A stretch of 24,000 bases of DNA, taken from the NCBI GenBank assembly GCA_964562575.1, contig CAZLTY010000033.1, forward strand, positions 2,279-26,278. The letters are read 5' to 3'. The notes beneath the pieces are model-generated. The model was not told where the DNA came from. It did no database searches and saw nothing but the letters and a program-made list of their open reading frames with translations. The DNA comes from an uncultured Pirellulales bacterium (GTDB lineage: Bacteria; Planctomycetota; Phycisphaerae; Sedimentisphaerales; Anaerobacaceae). The position numbers were made by a program, and so were the translations under genes. This document shows positions 1-8,614 of this stretch, piece by piece. Positions within the stretch are counted from its first letter, which is position 1. Each line of letters opens with the position of its first letter.

Positions 1-1
1 G

Positions 2-331
2 ATATCGGGGTACTTCGCGAGGTCTCAAGCATTCGAGCTGATCGAAGAGACGAAGAAAGACGATGAGAACTCAAGGAGTCCCGATGTTCGCTTCCCCGCT
101 CACGTTGTGGCGCGATACTCCGACACGGTGCTTCTGGAGAGCGGATGGATCAGGGGAGCCGAACTGATAGCCGACAAGCCGGCGATTGTCGAGGTGCAGT
201 ACGGCCGCGGAAAAATCATTTTGCTTGGATTCGCTGTTCAACATCGAGCACAGCCGCACGGGACTTTCCGCCTGCTGTTCAACTCGATCCTCTCGGCCAC
301 AATGGCCAAGGGCGCCGGAGGCAGAGGCTGA
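2..331 (+). CDS. 3' end of a gene cut by the window edge (hypothetical protein, C-terminal ~109 aa)
   Basis: The frame is open from nt 2 to the TGA at 329-331. The ORF-track start at 107 is an internal GTG. The C-terminus reads ...AIVEVQYGRGKIILLGFAVQHRAQPHGTFRLLFNSI. I cannot assign a family by eye. Confidence 0.5.
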   Translation: MSGYFARSQAFELIEETKKDDENSRSPDVRFPAHVVARYSDTVLLESGWIRGAELIADKPAIVEVQYGRGKIILLGFAVQHRAQPHGTFRLLFNSILSATMAKGAGGRG

Positions 332-373
332 CGATCTCAGATGCTCCGGTCGCGGCGCATCGTGCTGCGTCGC

Positions 374-1120
374 TTAGTTCTTGTCAAGCGGATCGTAATA
401 GCGTTTGGGTATTTCCGTTCCCAACGTTTCGTTGATGGTGGTGACGTGTCCGTCCAGCCAGAGACAGTTGAGTTTTCCGCCCGTCTCATCGTCGGCGGCG
501 TTCTTTACGGAATGTCTGAAGATGCCGCGATACCAGCTCGTACGGCCGCCGGTCCTGTAATGATCGAAATTCCTGCCGCTCGAGTTGGCATAGAGCATAT
601 CGTTTCCATTCTCGATTCTCGGCTCCATGTGGTCGTGAGCGACGACAACTTCCGCATGTTGTTTGATCGCGCTGGTTCTCTCCTTGGTCAGCCAACCGTT
701 CATCGAATACGCCGAGTTCTCGATTTCGCCGGTGGTATACAGCAATTCCTGCGCTACAACCTGAGAGAAGTTCTTGAAGCTCGGGCAGCCGAAAAGGTCC
801 GGCTCCTTCACGTAGTCATTGTAGATTACGCCCCAGTATGAGCGGTTGTCGCGTGCCGTGAGCAACCTTCCGTCAGAAGCGTACCAAAGATGACCGTTAC
901 AGGGGGTCGAGTGCGTGTGGAAGTCGGGCATCGTGCGTTCATTGTCATCCAGGTACATCACGATGGCAAGGCCAATACTCTTGAGATGGGACTTGCACAC
1001 TTGTTCACGTGCCTGCTCTCTTACCCTCTGCAACGCCGGCATAAGTATCGCCAATAGCAGAGCGATAATAGCAATAACCACCAGAAGCTCGATTAACGTA
1101 AAGGCTCTTCTTCTGTGCAT
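374..1120 (-). CDS. prepilin-type N-terminal cleavage/methylation domain protein, DUF1559-like pseudopilin
   Basis: ATG at 1120-1118 is preceded by AGGAAAGG. The N-terminus [30 protein letters not shown] is the classic type IV pilin-like signal plus hydrophobic helix. The C-terminal motif is [12 protein letters not shown]. It is a paralog of the 10543-11349 gene. Confidence 0.85.
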   Translation of the reverse strand: MHRRRAFTLIELLVVIAIIALLLAILMPALQRVREQAREQVCKSHLKSIGLAIVMYLDDNERTMPDFHTHSTPCNGHLWYASDGRLLTARDNRSYWGVIYNDYVKEPDLFGCPSFKNFSQVVAQELLYTTGEIENSAYSMNGWLTKERTSAIKQHAEVVVAHDHMEPRIENGNDMLYANSSGRNFDHYRTGGRTSWYRGIFRHSVKNAADDETGGKLNCLWLDGHVTTINETLGTEIPKRYYDPLDKN

Positions 1121-1368
1121 TTGTAACACCTTTCCTGCAATGTTTAGTAATCTGCCAACTCGATCGAGGCCCGTTTTATAGCTACGGTTCAAGGGTATTT
1201 CGAAGGCCTTGGACAACATCCCCAAGAATCATCAACTGCCCACCTTTCACAATATACCCCCTACTTATAACATATCAGCAGACATAATCCAAACAAAAAC
1301 ACACCCTTTTTCAAGCGGTGGTCATCAACGGTCCGACAATAGAAATAGCGAATGACTCGAGGTGAGCG

Positions 1369-1470
1369 ATGTTTGAGCGTTTTACAGACCGTGCACGCAA
1401 CGTCATGGCGCTGGCCAACCAGCAGGCCCAACGCTTCGGCCACAATTGCGTCGGGACCGAACACATCTGA
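1369..1470 (+). pseudogene. truncated N-terminal fragment of a ClpC/ClpA-type (Clp_N domain) chaperone gene
   Basis: GAGGTG sits 4 nt upstream of the ATG at 1369. The translation [33 protein letters not shown] then hits TGA. This matches the highly conserved ClpC N-terminus ([33 protein letters not shown]) from memory. No AAA+ body follows. A +1 frame continues weakly ([13 protein letters not shown]...). Confidence 0.55.
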
Positions 1471-1472
1471 AA

Positions 1473-1625
1473 TCACTGGTCCTGTATGGCGAAACTGGCT
1501 CCATCGTCGGTCGACGGAATGTAAGCTCCTATAGGGCACAGCACCTTACTGTTCTGATCGCAGCGGACAATGGTCTTCCACAGCGAATCGAGGCTCTCTT
1601 TTTCGTGTTCGCTTTCCGGAATCAT
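1473..1625 (-). CDS. small hypothetical ORF (50 aa), possibly not expressed
   Basis: The ATG at 1625-1623 lies at the same relative position after the nupC-3'-end repeat as the EEP gene's ATG in copy B. The product is MIPESEHEKESLDSLWKTIVRCDQNSKVLCPIGAYIPSTDDGASFAIQDQ. There are no recognisable motifs, and it overlaps the decayed clp fragment region. Confidence 0.15.
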   Translation of the reverse strand: MIPESEHEKESLDSLWKTIVRCDQNSKVLCPIGAYIPSTDDGASFAIQDQ

Positions 1626-1707
1626 TTTGATCCGTGTCGGCCTTTCAATCCCGCTCGACACATCAGATCAACATTCCAACAACACACGCGGCTGTCATTG
1701 CCGGCTA
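1623..1707 (-). repeat. direct-repeat copy A: orphan duplicate of the nupC 3' end plus downstream intergenic spacer
   Basis: Positions 1639-1686 are identical over 48 bp to 16314-16361. Flanks are similar but imperfect out to 1623 and 1707. On the minus strand it encodes ...PAMTAACVVGMLI*, versus the ...AGFTTACVVGMLI* end of the intact transporter. There is no upstream transporter body. Confidence 0.85.
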
Positions 1708-2523
1708 TTTCTTAGCTACGCGGGCTCTGGACAAGTGGTTCACTTCCACAACGGCACTTGCCTCGGACCTCGAGGCGACTAGCAGCGGAAAGTCCAATTC
1801 CACGCCGGTTCTTTCAAAGCTGCTCTCGGCCTCCTTCAATGCGATATCCGGTCGATTCCTTATCGAGCTGAGATGGCCGAGCATGACTGCCTGCGGCGGC
1901 CTTCTGCTGTGCTTTCTGGCAGTGCACAGCAATTTGCCCGCCTCTGGATTGCGCATGTGAAACCGGCTGTTGGGATTGAAATGGCGGGCGAGCAACTCGG
2001 TGTCGTGATTACTTTCAACAAAGATGAAATCTGAGTCAACGAAATGTTCCAACGAACCATTCCAATCGTTGAAATCCGTTGCGATCACTATTTTGCTTTT
2101 CTTGTACTTGATTACGAATCCGTAGGTCGGATACCACGGATTGTGCGGCACTTCGAAAGCCTGAAAGCTCAGCTCGCCTACCTTAAAGCCGCTGTCGGCG
2201 AAGGGCCTTAATTTGAGTGAGTTGAACCGGCGTCCGTTGAAGTGCTTGTCTTTGAGCTGCGACAAGCAACTCTCATGCACCCTCACTTTGACGCCGAGAC
2301 TGTCAAGGACTCTCAGAGAGTAGTAGCCTATGTGGTCGCTGTGCATGTGAGAGACAACTACCGCATCGACATCAAGTTGATCGCCCAGGTTCTTTGCGAG
2401 GACGTCTCTGGTTCTCTTCATAGAGCCGAGACCACAGTCAATCAGTACCCTGGTGCGGTCGGTCCAGACAAGCAGGCAATTGCCGCTGCTACTGCTGCGC
2501 AAGCTCTTGAAGTATAGAGACAT
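1705..2523 (-). CDS. MBL-fold metallo-hydrolase (YycJ/WalJ-like)
   Basis: ATG at 2523. The N-terminus MSLYFKSLRSSSSGNCLLVWTDRTRVLIDCGL and the HxHxDH motif (VVSHMHSDHIG) are present. The stop codon TAG (1707-1705) lies inside the last 3 nt of repeat copy A. Confidence 0.85.
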   Translation of the reverse strand: MSLYFKSLRSSSSGNCLLVWTDRTRVLIDCGLGSMKRTRDVLAKNLGDQLDVDAVVVSHMHSDHIGYYSLRVLDSLGVKVRVHESCLSQLKDKHFNGRRFNSLKLRPFADSGFKVGELSFQAFEVPHNPWYPTYGFVIKYKKSKIVIATDFNDWNGSLEHFVDSDFIFVESNHDTELLARHFNPNSRFHMRNPEAGKLLCTARKHSRRPPQAVMLGHLSSIRNRPDIALKEAESSFERTGVELDFPLLVASRSEASAVVEVNHLSRARVAKK

Positions 2524-2600
2524 AGTTGTTCGGGGTCTTTTTCGCTTGATTCTACTGCGATTTGTCCTTGTTCACAATACAATCGTGCCGGCGAAATATG

Positions 2601-4556
2601 TCATCTGTCTTCGGCCACCAGAATCGAATAGACGCCGAGTCTTGGGATTATCCATTCGCCGCGCGTTGGGCCTCTTATGATCCGATCGCAGCCCTGGGTC
2701 AGGGCAAGAAGGCGAAGTTTCCCTCCGCCTTCGCAGCGCACACGCACATTCTCCAAGGTGTGCTTGCGATAGTTGAGCAGGTGCACGACGAAACTGCCAT
2801 CGCCCGATTGGGTGACGGTGAACAGGACATACGGGCAGTCGACGACCTCGAACGACGGCATCATGTTCTTGCCGATAAAATCCATGAGAGCCGCCTCGTT
2901 GCCGGCCCTCCTCCACGGACCGTCAGCAAGCATCGGATTCTTCTGCCGCGATTGGCCCCACCGATCCATCGCGCCGGCCTGGCCGTAGACGATCATCCGA
3001 CCGCCCTGGCGAGCATGGCGAGCCAGACTCGCCAGTGATTCGTCTGAAATAAGCTTCGCGTCATAAACGACTACACACTCGTATCGACGCAGATTCTTCT
3101 CGGATATGCGATCTTCGAAGACGACGTCGAACTGCACATTCGCCCGCACGAGATCTGTCAGGAATCCTTCTCTGGGGCGCTCGCCGGCGAAGACGCCCAA
3201 CCGGTCGTCGGTGACGAACGCCACGTCCGCCCTGTAACTGGCGCCAACGAAATGCCGCTCGTGCTCACTCACAAACCGATGGGCCTTATTCGCAGCCTCA
3301 GCAATCTTCATCACTTCGGGTTTCCGCTCGTACAGATGCAGCAGGGCCAGCCCCTCCTGGAATCCCTGAAGCGAGGCCAGCGCCGCGTTGCATTCGCCGA
3401 CAGCGAGCTGGAATCCAAGTGGCGGATAATGATTGAGAAAGCGATGCCCGTTGCGTCTGCCGCCGAATTCAACGATAACCGGCTTGAAGCCTTCGTCGAG
3501 CCCCTTGAGCACACGCAATCGACCAAGATTGGTGACCATCTTTTCGGCGTCGAACGGCTCGGTGTCGATATCGACGAACTCATCTTCCCAGACGCCCTTC
3601 AAGGCATCCGTCGACCGGATCTCGTGCCCCCGCTCGAAACGATAATAGCCCGGCTCGTAACCGTCTTCGGTCGAGATAACATTGCAAGCGCGGCTCATCG
3701 TGTACTTGGGACGGTTCGAATTGACCATAATCACCATGTCACCTTTGCGCTTCCGCGCGTAATCGAGCATCTCGAGACACAGACGTTTCATCACTTCGAG
3801 CTGAAATATGAACCGCGCTTCGCGTGTATCGACAAACTTGTTTTTGGCGAGAAACTCTGCGAACATTGCCTCCGATTTCTTTCCTCGTATCACCCACCAA
3901 GTATTGTCATATTCTATCGCATCGAAACCGGTGTCAATAACCGCGTCGATGCGTCTTTTCATATACTCCTTCCATTCGGGATTCGTAATGTCCGCCCGCA
4001 CGCGCGTTATCCGGCCTATCCGCGCATATGATGCCGATCCGTAGGGAACGGGCTCGTCTTTCTCGTCGAGGAGCTGCCAATCTTTCGAGCGAGGTTCGCG
4101 CGCGAACATGTCGTCGACGAACATATTGGTCGAGGACAGGTACGCGGCCACCTTGATGCCTCGTTCGTGACAGGCTTTCACGTAGTCGCCGAGCAGGTCC
4201 CACTGGTGACGTTCTTTCTCGATGGAGTAGCCCACGTTGAATGTGAGCCAGATAAAGTTGAAGCCCATCGCCTCAACAAGCTCGACGGTTTCAGGATCGT
4301 ACCACCGGCTCGTCGCATCGACCACATTGGGCCAGGGAGCGTTGAAATAGGGCCACCCCGAAAGCATGCCCTTGCACACTTCGAGCGGACCGCCGTCCCA
4401 TCGTGAAAAATTGAGCTTTTGGTTTAACAACCACGCCGGCGCCGAGGCCTTTTCGGGTTTCGGATACTCAGGCCCGGGCCACCAGAGATCGCCGGCGGGA
4501 ACCGGCACTGCGAAAACCAATATCAGAACTACCACAATGAGAAACCGACATCTCAT
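2601..4556 (-). CDS. secreted glycoside-hydrolase-like protein (TIM-barrel-like N-terminal part plus beta-galactosidase-trimerisation/GATase1-like C-terminal part); function putative
   Basis: ATG at 4556-4554 is preceded by AAAGGAGG. The signal-like N-terminus is MRCRFLIVVVLILVFAVPVPAGD. The segment WYDPETVELVEAMGFNFIWLTFNVGYS...CHERGIKVAAYL looks like GH42/GHL-type barrels. The C-terminal YECVVVYDAKLISDESLASLARHARQGGRMIVYG resembles the trimerisation domain. The ORF-track start at 4619 is an upstream TTG. Confidence 0.7.
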   Translation of the reverse strand: MRCRFLIVVVLILVFAVPVPAGDLWWPGPEYPKPEKASAPAWLLNQKLNFSRWDGGPLEVCKGMLSGWPYFNAPWPNVVDATSRWYDPETVELVEAMGFNFIWLTFNVGYSIEKERHQWDLLGDYVKACHERGIKVAAYLSSTNMFVDDMFAREPRSKDWQLLDEKDEPVPYGSASYARIGRITRVRADITNPEWKEYMKRRIDAVIDTGFDAIEYDNTWWVIRGKKSEAMFAEFLAKNKFVDTREARFIFQLEVMKRLCLEMLDYARKRKGDMVIMVNSNRPKYTMSRACNVISTEDGYEPGYYRFERGHEIRSTDALKGVWEDEFVDIDTEPFDAEKMVTNLGRLRVLKGLDEGFKPVIVEFGGRRNGHRFLNHYPPLGFQLAVGECNAALASLQGFQEGLALLHLYERKPEVMKIAEAANKAHRFVSEHERHFVGASYRADVAFVTDDRLGVFAGERPREGFLTDLVRANVQFDVVFEDRISEKNLRRYECVVVYDAKLISDESLASLARHARQGGRMIVYGQAGAMDRWGQSRQKNPMLADGPWRRAGNEAALMDFIGKNMMPSFEVVDCPYVLFTVTQSGDGSFVVHLLNYRKHTLENVRVRCEGGGKLRLLALTQGCDRIIRGPTRGEWIIPRLGVYSILVAEDR

Positions 4557-4640
4557 GACAAGACCTCCTTTTCTGCATATTGACAGTCCTATGATGCCAG
4601 AGTCTCTCCGGATATGCAAGCGTTTGAGGTGTGCATTTTG

Positions 4641-4846
4641 TACCCTTCAGGGCAGTAAATTTCCGCGAGCAGAACTATGAAATGTTATACCCTTCAGGGT
4701 AGTAAATTCTCGCGAGCAAAACCATACCCTGTTATTGTGAGGCCACTTACCCGCGCAAGAACGGGAATTTTAAGTCGGGAACACTATATTGTAAAGCCGC
4801 CTACCCACGCAAGAGCGGGAATTTTCAATCGGGAGCACCATACTTG
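4641..4846 (-). repeat. tandem array of four ~47-54-nt units (order on minus strand R2b-R2a-R1b-R1a); R2a+R1b is one full copy of the bipartite element also found upstream of udk
   Basis: R1a 4641-4687 and R1b 4688-4734 have a 47-nt period. R2a (from 4748) and R2b (from 4802) have a 54-nt period. The minus-sense consensus for R1 is TGCTCGCGRRAATTTACTRCCCTGAAGGGTA. For R2 it is TAKRGTGYTCCCGAYTKAARATTCCCGYTCTTGCGYGGGTARG. The array lies 85-290 nt upstream of the GH-like gene start. Confidence 0.8.
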
Positions 4847-4928
4847 GGCAAGCCCAGGCGAATAAGCGAAGATTCTTGGGGTGACTACCTGCCGACCCGG
4901 TTCGATGGTACTCAGCGTCCGTGCTTTT

Positions 4929-5243
4929 TCATTGGCCCGCGTGTGCGAAATGTCCAACAGCCATCAATCTATGGTCTTCTTCCAGGTGTCTGTGGCGAAG
5001 GAACAGCGCCCGGCGATTGTGCCACAGGATACTCGCCGCTCTGTTCAGACTGCACTGCTGGACCTTTCTTCTGGCATCGGCCCAGTGAGATCCGCAGCGG
5101 TTGCAGAGATCGAGCTGTTTGTCATACCACCAGAGCTGAAAGCCGCCAAAGGACCGAAATTGATCGCCCCTTAACCCGAAAACACTGCCGGTATAGAGCA
5201 GTTGTTTTATCTGCCGTCTGTCTTCGACATTGACCTTTTTCAT
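4929..5243 (-). CDS. hypothetical Cys/His-rich small protein (104 aa)
   Basis: ATG at 5243-5241 is preceded by GGGAGGA with 7-nt spacing. The product is MKKVNVEDRRQIKQLLYTG...LCNRCGSHWADARRKVQQCS...WHNRRALFLRHRHLEEDH. There is a CxxC...C...H pattern but no family recognised. It competes with plus-strand ORFs that lack an SD. Confidence 0.45.
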   Translation of the reverse strand: MKKVNVEDRRQIKQLLYTGSVFGLRGDQFRSFGGFQLWWYDKQLDLCNRCGSHWADARRKVQQCSLNRAASILWHNRRALFLRHRHLEEDHRLMAVGHFAHAGQ

Positions 5244-5425
5244 TTTTATGTCCTCCCTGAAAAATCTCAGCGGTTGCAATTGACGTCTTAGCCTTTACTA
5301 ATAAAAGGCAGTTGACGAGCATTAGGTAACGTATTCTCCTGGAGGCAGCCTCGGGAAATAAGAAATGTGCTCACTTGAATTCTCCGAGCAGAGCGAGTAG
5401 GATGACAGAAAAAGGAGAACATATC

Positions 5426-6298
5426 ATGGCACGAGTAATTATTGGAACTGTGTTTGGAACGTTGATACTGCTCGCTGCGACGAGCAGGTTGAGTGCTCAT
5501 GCAAATCCAAGTGAGAACGAAGAGAAGCCCGGTGCCGGCAACGGCGTGATTGACTTTCCGCTGGCCGACCTGCACATACATCTCAAGGGGGGGCTGACGC
5601 TCGAGGAGGCGATCGAGAACTCGAAAAAGCGAGGTGTCAAGTTCGGTATCGCACAGAACTGCGGCCTCAATTTCCCTTGCCGCGACGATGAGGGCCTGCG
5701 CGAGTTCTTGAAGATGCTCGAAAGCAAGGGCGTTTACGCGGCAATGCAGGCGGAGGGTCGTGAGTGGCTGACGATGTTCTCACCCGAATGGATGGCAAAG
5801 TTCGACTACATCTTTACCGACTCGATGACGTGGACCGACGACAAGGGCAGGCGAATGCGGCTGTGGATGCCCAATGAAGTGCACGTCGACGACGAGCAAC
5901 AGTTCATGGATATGCTGGTTCGCAAAACGGTCGGCATCCTGAGCAGCGAGCCGATCGACATCTACGTCAATCCGACGTTTCTGCCCAGGATCATAGCTGA
6001 CAAATACGACGAGCTCTGGACCAAAGATAGAATGGCAAAGGTGATCGCCGCCGCGGTCGCCAACGACGTGGCGATTGAAATCAACGCCCGGTACAAACTG
6101 CCCAGTATCAGATTCATCAAGCAGGCCAAGAAGGCCGGGGCCAAATTCACTTGCGGAACCAACAACGGGAACAAGAACCTCGGGACTCTCGAATATTGCA
6201 AGAAAGCTATCCGCGAATGCGGCCTCAAAGAAGACGATTTCTTCAGGCCGCGCCCGCCCGGCAAGAGAGCCGTCGACCGCTGGAAGGCCCGGCGATGA
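5426..6298 (+). CDS. secreted PHP-like / metal-dependent phosphoesterase (putative)
   Basis: ATG at 5426 is preceded by AAAGGAG 8 nt upstream. The signal peptide is MARVIIGTVFGTLILLAATSRLSAHA. An N-terminal DLHIHLKG (DxHxH) and a late VAIEINARY motif resemble PHP domains. The final GxDxH motif is degenerate (GTNNGN). Confidence 0.6.
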   Translation: MARVIIGTVFGTLILLAATSRLSAHANPSENEEKPGAGNGVIDFPLADLHIHLKGGLTLEEAIENSKKRGVKFGIAQNCGLNFPCRDDEGLREFLKMLESKGVYAAMQAEGREWLTMFSPEWMAKFDYIFTDSMTWTDDKGRRMRLWMPNEVHVDDEQQFMDMLVRKTVGILSSEPIDIYVNPTFLPRIIADKYDELWTKDRMAKVIAAAVANDVAIEINARYKLPSIRFIKQAKKAGAKFTCGTNNGNKNLGTLEYCKKAIRECGLKEDDFFRPRPPGKRAVDRWKARR

Positions 6299-6418
6299 GG
6301 ACCAAACGCTTTGTTCCAACTGTGTTACCGACGGCAAACATGCATTGAACAACTTTCTCGGTCAATTGTCTGATCTGGCTCTTATTCAAATCTGCGTCCA
6401 TCAGCGTTCGTCTGGTGC

Positions 6419-6444
6419 GTCAGGATAAGCCTGACTTCTCTATT
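6419..6444 (+). terminator. weak candidate intrinsic terminator downstream of the PHP-like gene
   Basis: The hairpin is GTCAGG-ataag-CCTGAC followed by ttctctatt. The stem is short and the U-tract is interrupted. Confidence 0.3.
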
Positions 6445-6581
6445 AGCTTGAAAGGTAGTTGACGTGTTAACTGAATGTCTAACATGTAGTCGAATCGGCA
6501 CAGAAAGGAGTAATCCCCAACGTGAAGCCAACCTCTCCGGTGGTCGATGATTAAGGATGAATAGACTCCCCGCCGCCCGCC

Positions 6582-8249
6582 TCACGAGCAGATTGGCGCA
6601 GAACTGTTTCTCGGCATGATAACTGTGAATTTGGTGCCCTGGCCCTGTCGGCTTTCGACAGATATTTTGCCGGCATGTCTTTCCACTATCTGCTTTACTA
6701 TCGACAGGCCCAATCCCGTGCCGTCTCGTTCGGATTTGCGCGCGTTGCTGGCTCTGAAGAACTCATCGAACACATTCGCCAGTTCGTCTGAGGGTATGCC
6801 GATTCCCGTATCGGCTATGTCTATCTGAACATGGTCGTCATAGCCCCTGGCTTCGAGGTGGACTGTTCTTTTCTCTGGAGTGTACTTGACAGCGTTGAAC
6901 AGCAGGTTGGTGATCATTTCGTTGATAGAGAACTCATGGCCGACAATCTGTCCCAGTGACGAGTCGACATTGGAGCTTACAGTAATCGACTTATCTTTGG
7001 CTTTTCCGGCAACGCTGGCCAGCGCTTCCGATACGCTGTCCGGCAAAGAGAATAATTCCATCTGGAGCTGGCCGCTGAGCCTCATCTGCGTCAGATCCAG
7101 CAGCTCCTTGACGAAGGCGGCAAGCTGGAGGGTGCGGTCAAGTGCCCGGCTCGAGAATTCGTCTCGTTTCTCTTTGGGTAGCTCCGTGGATTCGTCGGTC
7201 GCCACGTAAAGCCAACTGCGTATGGTAGCCAGATGACCCTTGATATCGTGCGTTACACGCGAAACGTACTCGTCCTTTATGCGGTCCTTCTCTTTGAGCT
7301 GGACATTGGCTTCTCTGAGCGATTTCTCCTGCTTTTGCAGTTCGGTGAAGAACAGATTCTTTTGCACAAGGTCTATCTGGCGTGCGGCTGCTTCCACAAA
7401 GTCGAACATCTCCGTCGAGGACCTGTTCTGGAGAACGTCAACATAAAGGGCATCGACGGTTTCACCCAGATCATGTACGCGGGCGCAAAAAACCACATGG
7501 GGTTTGTGCTCGTCGACGATTGTCAGCGCTATGTCATGGTCTGAAGACCTTCCGCTGCTTGCCATCACCGGAGCATTCGTCGAGCGGATCCTATCAAGCA
7601 CGCGTTTGGAAAGATGCAGGGATGATGCCTGATCGACCGACATATCTGTCTGGCCGGCTCCGAAGTGACAGGCAAGGATATTCGGGACCGTTGGTAGGGG
7701 CTCGGAGCTGCAGGGCAGTCTCACGATGGCAACAAGCGTCTCGAGCATCCCGGCCAAACACGAACACGCCTGATCATACAGATCTGACGGGCTAGACAAC
7801 GTGAGCAGGTGATCCGTTAGTTTGTTGAGATCCTGCATGAGAACGGGAGACAGGACGGCGGCCTGGTCTTGGCGGGATACAATTTCCTCCTCGGCAGTTT
7901 CCTCGACAATGGAAATCGTGCTCTGGATGGACGTACCCGGGAGAATCTCCTGGTCGCAGTCCTGTGAGAGGCTCATGGTGAACGGACGTATGCTGATTCG
8001 ATGTCCGGGCACCAGCGCCTGCGCCCTGACTCGTTGGCCATCCACGAACACACCGTTATGGCTGCCCAAGTCCTCGATGATCCACCGCCCGAAAGAATCT
8101 CGGGATATCCTGGCATGATGTCGTGAAACGGCTGCGTCGTCCAGAACAACGCTACAGTCCAAATCTCGTCCGAGCGTCATACCGCCGGGATCGAGCAAAA
8201 TCTCATTGGTCTCTGTCGGCCCGGATACAGTCAGTTTTGCCTCGCCCAT
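6582..8249 (-). CDS. cytoplasmic sensor histidine kinase with N-terminal FHA domain
   Basis: ATG at 8249-8247 is preceded by GAGAGGAA. The FHA signature is MTLGRDLDCSVVLDDAAVSRHHARISRD..WIIEDLGSHNGVFVDG. The H-box is SRVTHDIKGHLATI, the N-box NLLFNAVKYT, G1 DTGIGIP and G2 GTGLGLSIVKQIV. No TM segment was seen. Confidence 0.9.
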   Translation of the reverse strand: MGEAKLTVSGPTETNEILLDPGGMTLGRDLDCSVVLDDAAVSRHHARISRDSFGRWIIEDLGSHNGVFVDGQRVRAQALVPGHRISIRPFTMSLSQDCDQEILPGTSIQSTISIVEETAEEEIVSRQDQAAVLSPVLMQDLNKLTDHLLTLSSPSDLYDQACSCLAGMLETLVAIVRLPCSSEPLPTVPNILACHFGAGQTDMSVDQASSLHLSKRVLDRIRSTNAPVMASSGRSSDHDIALTIVDEHKPHVVFCARVHDLGETVDALYVDVLQNRSSTEMFDFVEAAARQIDLVQKNLFFTELQKQEKSLREANVQLKEKDRIKDEYVSRVTHDIKGHLATIRSWLYVATDESTELPKEKRDEFSSRALDRTLQLAAFVKELLDLTQMRLSGQLQMELFSLPDSVSEALASVAGKAKDKSITVSSNVDSSLGQIVGHEFSINEMITNLLFNAVKYTPEKRTVHLEARGYDDHVQIDIADTGIGIPSDELANVFDEFFRASNARKSERDGTGLGLSIVKQIVERHAGKISVESRQGQGTKFTVIMPRNSSAPICS

Positions 8250-8614
8250 TCGTATGTTCCTCTCATCAAACCATCCGGCCAGCACCACGGCCAATGTTTG
8301 TCAAGTCGTACCTGCCCCCCGGCAGTAGGAAATCTGAACTGATAGTACATCGTCTGGAACGAGCAGGCAAGTCTTTTGTTGAGTTTGCCCTCTGCGCCGT
8401 TTATGCGCCGGCACACGGGCGAATCCTCGACGCTGTGAATCCGCTGCTCTTGGCCCATACTCAAATAGATATCGCGTTATTCAAGGGCAAATCAGTCGTT
8501 TGGCGGCATTTTGAGTATTACTCCTTGATCAAGGACCCTGGTTTCTGGTAGACTTGTTGGAAGGCATCTCAACATTTCTGAGGTTTGCGAGAGTCTGTCT
8601 TGGGACAGTAAGAC

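Noticed and set aside
332-373. Hairpin GATGC...GCATC between the convergent genes as a bidirectional terminator
   Set aside because: It has only a 5-bp stem with a 12-nt loop and no flanking U/A tracts.
341-841. 166-aa plus-strand ORF, and other long ORFs antisense to confident genes (3252-4031, 5780-6352, 10645-11142, 16906-17379, 17328-17801, 23107-23439, 23172-23684, 9700-10026, 12097-12546)
   Set aside because: Each lies opposite a gene with clear family motifs and an SD. These are typical GC-rich shadow frames with Arg/Pro/Ser-rich low-complexity translations.
1165-1200. Possible fifth, collapsed copy of the bipartite element (cccgttttatagctacggTTCAAGGGTAT)
   Set aside because: Only an 11-nt exact core plus loose flanks match. 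The palindrome arm is lost and the middle ~45 nt are missing. The evidence is insufficient to call it.
1446-1715. 89-aa plus-strand ORF spanning the clp fragment, the spacer and repeat copy A
   Set aside because: It is a chimeric reading across three unrelated segments, with no SD and no motifs. Only its first ~20 codons may be the frameshifted continuation of the clp remnant.
4641-4846. Possible CRISPR array, because regularly spaced repeats are visible in the ORF-track translations
   Set aside because: The units are contiguous with no unique spacers. There are only two copies each of two related unit types. The units are 47-54 nt and diverged. No cas genes are present, and a homologous single copy sits in a gene leader at 17817-17920.
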